Source: Candidatus Bathyarchaeota archaeon (GTDB lineage Archaea; Thermoproteota; Bathyarchaeia; Bathyarchaeales; Bathycorpusculaceae). From it: 64,000 nucleotides of DNA. Below the pieces are notes generated by a model, which had not been told where the DNA came from, searched no databases, and worked only from the letters and a program-made list of their open reading frames with translations. Location: assembly GCA_963707955.1 (NCBI GenBank), contig OY970176.1, positions 1,408,001-1,472,000 on the forward strand, written 5' to 3'. Position numbers and translations under genes: made by a program. Below are positions 59,701 to 64,000 of the stretch, piece after piece; position 1 is the stretch's first letter, and each line of letters starts with the position of its first letter.

Positions 59701-60146
59701 CCAACGTTAACATGGGCAACCCTGAAAGTTCCTATAAAAGTCTCAAAGCGATGACAGATAAGCTTGAAGGCCAACTTAAATTGGCAGAGAAGATCGTGGC
59801 CGTAGATGCAGACAAAGTGGCCCTGAAGGTCTTGACGAAGCATTTCATGCGAGACATCGCGGGTAACCTGCGGGCTTTTTCAACACAGGGTTTCAGGTGC
59901 AAGTCATGTAGCAAACGCTTCCGGCGTCTGCCCCTTCGGGGCAAATGCCCATCGTGCGGTGGAGAATTAACATTGACCGTCTATCGCGGCGGCATTGAAA
60001 AGTACTTAGATGCAGCGCAGCATCTGATTGACAAGTATGACTTGCCTAAGTACTATTCACAGAGGATTTCGCTTGTGAAAGAGGAGATCAGTGCGCTGTT
60101 TGATAGTGGAAAGCCCAAGCAGATCAGTCTAACAGACTTCGCTTGA
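56739..60146 (+). CDS. polC: DNA polymerase D large subunit DP2
   Basis: AGPIRSAGGT, GGFRLRYGR, LAPHT, KRRDCDGDED, Zn fingers, C-terminal PIP box QISLTDF; start may be TTG 56727. Confidence 0.97.
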   Translation: MSAAYRQYAEALESGLTQLCELSKKAREKGLDPSLKPECRIAKDLADLVEGLVGPKGVADSIRELSSRLSREELAFKVTEEIVHGKFGHMEPEAAAEQAIRTALAIFTEGLTAAPIQGVAHVKIKTNSDRTRYLAIYFAGPIRSAGGTDQALTLVVGDFVRRLLGLDRYKPTEEETSRFITELRTYERSSGMRFQYHIPDEELRKALEWLPVEVTGTESDPIEVSMFRNLPRVETNRVRGGALRVVNDGIVGRAQKVLTIIEKLEFQGWDWLSDLHRKSEKKSSGFMDDVIAGRPVFSFPSRRGGFRLRYGRARNTGLAAVGIHPATMLVLDGFLAGGTQLRMELPGKGGIVVPVDTIEGPVVRLNDGSVIRVSVDDFNDAKDRIEKILFLGDILVSFGDFLYNSRFLAPSGYVEEWWAEDLRKKVAEKFDGNVERVSETVGIQPERLKSLLANFFVSKPSLSEAVALSTETRVALHPAFTFFWSSLSSVEQLKQLRTWLLASQVQTEGSVVRKIVGAMDSDVKCALEMICLPHKVLNDKIIIEGEDAGAFALCLGSGAPCDLIFSSAKTVLEAVNSLSSVQVKDKAPTLVGARMGRPEKAKRREMKPLVHVLFPVGLAGGSQRDLVEAAKHGPIFVEIIKRKCPECGTFTSRVKCPACGSETAPEKSCPRCGKSLKQDECPTCKTSAIRYQKQVVNFREALESACCDLSVSMPRILKGVKGLTNQTKTPEILEKGVLRSKHDLSVYKDGTIRFDTTNAPLTHFKPSEVEVSAQTLRELGYTCDVKGAPLADASQVCELKLQDVVIPVKAAEYFVTVASFLDELLSKVYGLPPYYNARRTEDLVGHFVIGLAPHTCVGILGRIVGFTNLNLCYAHPIWHSAKRRDCDGDEDTLMLALDTLLNFSREYLPAQIGGIMDAPLLLIPVVNPNEVQRQAHDFDVADSYPLEFFEKTWEKVEARQVSSMIDLVGYRLGTEAQFEGFNFTTPVSNVNMGNPESSYKSLKAMTDKLEGQLKLAEKIVAVDADKVALKVLTKHFMRDIAGNLRAFSTQGFRCKSCSKRFRRLPLRGKCPSCGGELTLTVYRGGIEKYLDAAQHLIDKYDLPKYYSQRISLVKEEISALFDSGKPKQISLTDFA

Positions 60147-60190
60147 AAAAGCCTTTTCTGTTCAGAGAAAGAAGAATACTCTGATGGAGC

Positions 60191-60463
60191 ATGCTCAAGG
60201 AGACCTATCATCCTAACGCCTACCTGGCAAGCATAAAGAACATGAAGCTAGGCCTGAGGGCCAGAACAAGAATACTGAATGTCTTGGAGAAACTGTCAGG
60301 CGATGCCAAGGAGGTTGCGAAGGAATCTGGGTTGCGCTACGGAGTAGCTATGCACCATTTAAAGCTACTGGCGGCAGAGGGCATCGTGGAACGGAAGGGC
60401 GGCAGGCCGTACGTTTGGGGTTTGACCGGGATGGGGCAGAAGCGGCTGGAAACCTCAGGCTAA
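60191..60463 (+). CDS. ArsR-like winged-helix protein
   Basis: RTRILNVL...AKEVAKESGLRYGVAMHHLKLLAAEGIVER. Confidence 0.85.
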   Translation: MLKETYHPNAYLASIKNMKLGLRARTRILNVLEKLSGDAKEVAKESGLRYGVAMHHLKLLAAEGIVERKGGRPYVWGLTGMGQKRLETSG

Positions 60464-60759
60464 AAAGTGCACTCGCAGGGCGAATGCCCGCATTTTGGAC
60501 ACTTGTTGTCATATTTCCTGAGAGTTGCTTTCTCTAGGTCTATGCCTGCTATGTTAGCGAGAGAGGCTAACCACGCAAGAACGTCCGCAAACTCACCTTC
60601 CAATCCTTCCTTGTCATTCGTGTCTAATGCTTCACCCAATTCTCCAACCTCGTCAGTGAGCCACTCGTATGTTCCGGCTATGCCTCGTTCACAGTCTCTG
60701 TGAAAATACACGCGTCGCATCATCTCTTGAAACTCGCGGATATGCACCTTGCGTTTCAC
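60460..60759 (-). CDS. MazG-like nucleotide pyrophosphohydrolase
   Basis: WLTDEVGEL, EFADVLAWLASLAN, CPKCGHSPCEC. Confidence 0.9.
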   Translation of the reverse strand: MKRKVHIREFQEMMRRVYFHRDCERGIAGTYEWLTDEVGELGEALDTNDKEGLEGEFADVLAWLASLANIAGIDLEKATLRKYDNKCPKCGHSPCECTF

Positions 60760-60806
60760 CCCTTCTGTTTAAGGCAAGAGATCGCAGTATATAAGATAAG
60801 ATTTGA

Positions 60807-61047
60807 AGGAGGTGCTGGTTCCAGTGCCTGTAGCGCGCATGCTTGTTCCTAAATTCCCAGATTCCGCTCAAGAGGAAGGCATGGCGTTTTGCGATGGTCG
60901 ATGGTTACTGACACGGTTCGAGTGGGTGTTTGCGTACTCACACCTTCCGCCCCGGGTATGCTATATGACCCAACGTTGTATGTCCGCGACGCAGCAGAGT
61001 CTTCTTTGCATGCGCATGAACGTGGACCGGCGTCGGGTACCCCTCCT
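60807..61047 (+). ncRNA. candidate structured non-coding RNA of unknown family
   Basis: Nested long-range helices and a multibranch head; G-U pairs favour the + strand; intergenic with no convincing ORF. Confidence 0.55.
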
Positions 61048-61174
61048 CGGTTTCAACGTATCATGCATATTTGGAGCCAAATATGGTTGAAGAGCAAAAT
61101 GAGTAGGGCAAGCTACTTTCCAGAAGAATTTAGGAACACACTAGCGCGCTGCTTTTTGCCAAAAGCCAAGAAGG

Positions 61175-62491
61175 TCAGCGGATTTTTATGTACTTGTAGG
61201 CTTCTGTCATGTTTTCGAAGCAGAAATGTACTTTCTGATAGTCTCTTCTGAACTCTGCGACGTCCGCTCGTACCTTTTCCGGTGGCTCCTTGTCTATTAT
61301 GACGCGCTTGACGAATTCTGCTATTTCCGCCATTTCAGGTTCTTTCAATCCGAGTCTAGTGACTTCAGAAGTTCCTATTCTTATGCCTCCGGGATGCATG
61401 AAATGTCTTCCCTCCTTAATGTCCCATGGGAGTAGGTTTCTGTTTATGATTATGTTCGCTTTTTCCAGCGTCTGCTCGATCGTGCCACCGTCGCCGTGCT
61501 TCGTTATGTCGATGAGAATGACGTGTGACTGCGTGAATCCCTTGTGTTCAGCTAAGACGTTGAGGCCTCTCTCGTGAAGCGCTTGGGCGAGAGCTTTGGC
61601 ATTCTTCACTATCTGGTTTGCGTATTCTTCTCCAAATTGAAGCATCTCTGCGCATGCAACCGTAAGTCCAGCAACTTCGTGTAAGTGGTGGTTGCTCACC
61701 ATTCCAGGAAAAGTGGCCTTCTTTATTCTTTCGGCATACTTATCCCAAGAGAGAATTCCACCGTGTTGCGGTCCAAAGAACGTTTTGTGTGTGCTTAGAC
61801 TGACAACGTCTGCCCCCTCCTTAAGCGGGTCTTGGAATTGCCCTCCGGCAATCAATCCTGCCACGTGCGCTGCATCATACCCCACTGTTGCCCCGACCGA
61901 ACGAATGATCTCTGCCAGCTCCTTGACGGGATGGGGAAAGGGGAAAACACTCGCGCCAAACATGACAAACTTTGGAGGCTTGCCCTTCGCAGCAAGTTCT
62001 TTAATCTTAATTTTCGCTTTGTCCACGTCTATGTTCAATTCTTTGTAATCCAAGGGTAGGTATTCAACGTTCAACCCCTTGACTGCCCCTGCCGTGCCTC
62101 CGAGTTCCTTCTTGCCCGACGTGATGTGACCTCCGCTGGGGATCGACAGTGCCATCAGAGTATCTCCGGGCTCAGTGAAAGCCGTGTAGACTGCTAGGTT
62201 TGCGACGACGCCTGAAATGGGTCTAACGTCCACAAATTCTGCTTTGAAAAGTCGTTTCATGAGTTCAATGCATTTGAACTCTACTTCGTCGATGAAGCGG
62301 CAGCCGGCGTAGACTCTTTCTCCTGGCCAGCCTTCTGCATACCTGTTGCCGAAGTCTGTTATTATTGCCTCACGGACGGCTGGGCTTGGCACGTTCTCAC
62401 TTGCTATGAGGGGAATGCTGTCCTGAAACCATTTATGATGCTTTTGAAGGAGGTCAAAAACATGGTCATATTCGTCTCTTGGAGTGGACAT
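61175..62491 (-). CDS. glyA: serine hydroxymethyltransferase
   Basis: LIASEN, YAEG, DAAHVAGLIAGG, STHKTFFGP, GIRIGT. Confidence 0.97.
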   Translation of the reverse strand: MSTPRDEYDHVFDLLQKHHKWFQDSIPLIASENVPSPAVREAIITDFGNRYAEGWPGERVYAGCRFIDEVEFKCIELMKRLFKAEFVDVRPISGVVANLAVYTAFTEPGDTLMALSIPSGGHITSGKKELGGTAGAVKGLNVEYLPLDYKELNIDVDKAKIKIKELAAKGKPPKFVMFGASVFPFPHPVKELAEIIRSVGATVGYDAAHVAGLIAGGQFQDPLKEGADVVSLSTHKTFFGPQHGGILSWDKYAERIKKATFPGMVSNHHLHEVAGLTVACAEMLQFGEEYANQIVKNAKALAQALHERGLNVLAEHKGFTQSHVILIDITKHGDGGTIEQTLEKANIIINRNLLPWDIKEGRHFMHPGGIRIGTSEVTRLGLKEPEMAEIAEFVKRVIIDKEPPEKVRADVAEFRRDYQKVHFCFENMTEAYKYIKIR

Positions 62492-62610
62492 TGAGATCGC
62501 CTTTTTGCATCAACATATCACTTGTTCAAAAATAAAAACTCTTTGAGCCGGCGTAACGTTAATAATGTAGAGAATGTTAGGTTATTCAGCATCCTGCTGA
62601 GGGTTTCAGA

Positions 62611-62781
62611 TTGAGTAGTAAGAAAAAGAAAGATAGTTCACCAATGCCGGCTGCAAGTGCGGGGCTGCTGAGATTCTTTGAAGAGGAAACTGAGGGCGTT
62701 AAGATGCGGCCTGAAGTGCTTGTGATATTCTCAGTGGCGCTGATAGTCGTGTGCTCCCTGGCGCACATATTCTTCACTTAG
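62611..62781 (+). CDS. secG: preprotein translocase Sec61beta/SecG
   Basis: MSSKKKKDSSPMPAASAGLLRFFEEETEGVKMRPEVLV plus TM helix; below the ORF-track cutoff. Confidence 0.9.
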   Translation: MSSKKKKDSSPMPAASAGLLRFFEEETEGVKMRPEVLVIFSVALIVVCSLAHIFFT

Positions 62782-62790
62782 GCTGCAACT

Positions 62791-63078
62791 CTAGCGACGA
62801 GAAGGAGTATGTAAAACTTCTATTCGCTGCACGGAGTTCAAGTGCACAAATATCTCGCTTCTTTCCTCTCGGCTTGCAACCTGCGGTATTGGCTGTGCGA
62901 TCGTTGCGCGAAGTATGATGGCTTCACTTTCTGATAGCCATATGCCTGCCGGTTCTCGTGTTACAGCCACAAGAGTTCCTTCAAAACCGTAGGCAGGATC
63001 CAAGATCACGCGTATTTTGTTTCCCACGTTTTTCTCAAGCATGTGAAATATAGTTGGTGGGATGTTCTGCTCTGGCAT
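62791..63078 (-). CDS. Sm/Lsm-like fold protein
   Basis: LEKNVGNKIRVIL..GFEGTLV..IWLSE...IFVHLNSVQRIE resembles the Sm1/Sm2 motifs. Confidence 0.65.
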   Translation of the reverse strand: MPEQNIPPTIFHMLEKNVGNKIRVILDPAYGFEGTLVAVTREPAGIWLSESEAIILRATIAQPIPQVASREERSEIFVHLNSVQRIEVLHTPSRR

Positions 63079-63334
63079 GGGATTCGCAAAACCTTGTAAT
63101 TCTACTTTACGCATAAAATAGTTGCCGTTCCACAATATATACTGTGCTGATGGTACCATGTTTCTTCAGATGAAACCTGTGGAGTCAACATAGGCGTTTT
63201 CATGTTAGAGCTTGAGTTTCGTGCATGCAGAAATTGTCTAAATAATGCCTCAATTGATTGGGATCTTCCGCGCTTGGGGCCACGACAATTTAATATGTGT
63301 GCGCTTCTCTTTAGCAAAGTCACTCTTGAGGCAT

Positions 63335-64000
63335 ATGATGCTAACTGAAGATTCACTGGAGCAGTCTATGGACAGGGTGGTGAAGCGCTATTCGTCACTG
63401 TTCAGACTTCCATCTGACCGAAAGGTCTTCCTGCTGTCGGCGCTTTCTTGCGTGGGCGGGGGCCTACTGTCCACAGTGGCCCTCTTTCCCTCTTTGAAAG
63501 GGCTGACTTATGGCTTTCTATTGGGCATCGCAGTCTTCTCTGCAAGTCTAGCCGCCGACTATGCGGCAAGCACGTTGATCCTTAAGCGAGGCACGATCTA
63601 TAACTTGAGACGCACGATGTTCTCTCTCTCTTTTGCTGGGCGATTTGGCTCCTTTTCATCTTTTTGGGTGCTGGTTTAACTTCTTTACTTGGTCTAGAAG
63701 AATGGTGGATTAGGTTTTGTCTCATAGGTTTCTCAACGGCAATAATGTTACGTTTGGTTGTGTTCTCTTCAACATCAGCGATGAGTTATGGAAGATTTCT
63801 TGCTGCTTCTTTTCTCCAACCGTTTTTGTGCATAGTTCCTTTCTTGGCGTTCTGGACTGGAATCGGAAATTCGATCACGCTGCGTGTGCCTGCATTCCTT
63901 CTTTTTTCCGTGGTTGTGGCTCTTGTTTCGACTTTCACTTTTCTCCACTTTTTAGACAATGTGGGCAAGCGAGCGCTGGGGATGCAATCGCTGTCACTTT
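63335..64000 (+). CDS. DUF2070-like multi-pass membrane protein (partial), frameshift in a (TC)n run near 63625
   Basis: VKRYSSLFRLPS, YNLRRT; hydrophobic helices continue in another frame to the window end. Confidence 0.7.

Noticed and set aside
56739-60146. Intein in DP2 (also checked by eye in Cdc48 and Cdc6)
   Set aside because: Lengths are normal and the catalytic motifs are uninterrupted.
60803-61251. ORFs 60803-61090 and 60889-61251 as genes; GGTTCGAG at ~60915 as a tRNA
   Set aside because: The ORFs have no recognisable family and one overlaps glyA; no cloverleaf forms around the T-loop-like motif.
1-64000. Most overlapping ORFs in the six-frame track (e.g. 777-1169, 4133-4528, 44690-45127, 53703-54188)
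   Set aside because: Antisense or alternate-frame shadows of well-supported genes, with no family motifs.
1-64000. CRISPR array, cas genes, rRNA, intact IS elements
   Set aside because: No regularly spaced 25-40 bp repeats, no cas or transposase motifs and no rRNA-like sequence were seen.

Overview
Archaeal chromosomal window, TACK-type and most consistent with Bathyarchaeia. The evidence is gene content (PolD DP1/DP2, Elf1, Zn-ribbon Cren7-like proteins, Cdc6 with ORB boxes); I did not run a search. Three zones are visible. (1) 1-6.4 kb holds core operons: eIF2g end, PIN, rpoE1, spt4, DPCK, S24e, S27ae, converging on L3-L4-L23-L2-S19. (2) About 6.5-42.4 kb is a patchwork accessory zone ending at an intron-containing tRNA-Ser(CGA). 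It carries chromatin and nucleic-acid-binding genes (Alba, TBP, OB-fold, two Cren7-like, TRAM, YhbY), unannotated Lys-rich micro-ORFs, gene fragments and an integrase remnant. Its intergenic spaces repeatedly carry alternating (CG)n palindromes, three of them at gene-fragment breakpoints. (3) 42.5-64 kb is a core region with the replication origin (DP1, cdc6, ORBs, AT-rich DUE), nadE, elf1, GGGPS, DP2, glyA and Sec61beta. Best candidates for undescribed biology: an origin-linked module (membrane-anchored coiled-coil wHTH protein, two further HTH-type proteins, clustered GTGAY repeats); the (CG)n junction motif; a nested ~240-nt structured RNA candidate at 60.8-61.05 kb; and a basic micro-peptide/chromatin island. 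Five apparent frameshifts may be sequencing errors. All assignments were made by eye.
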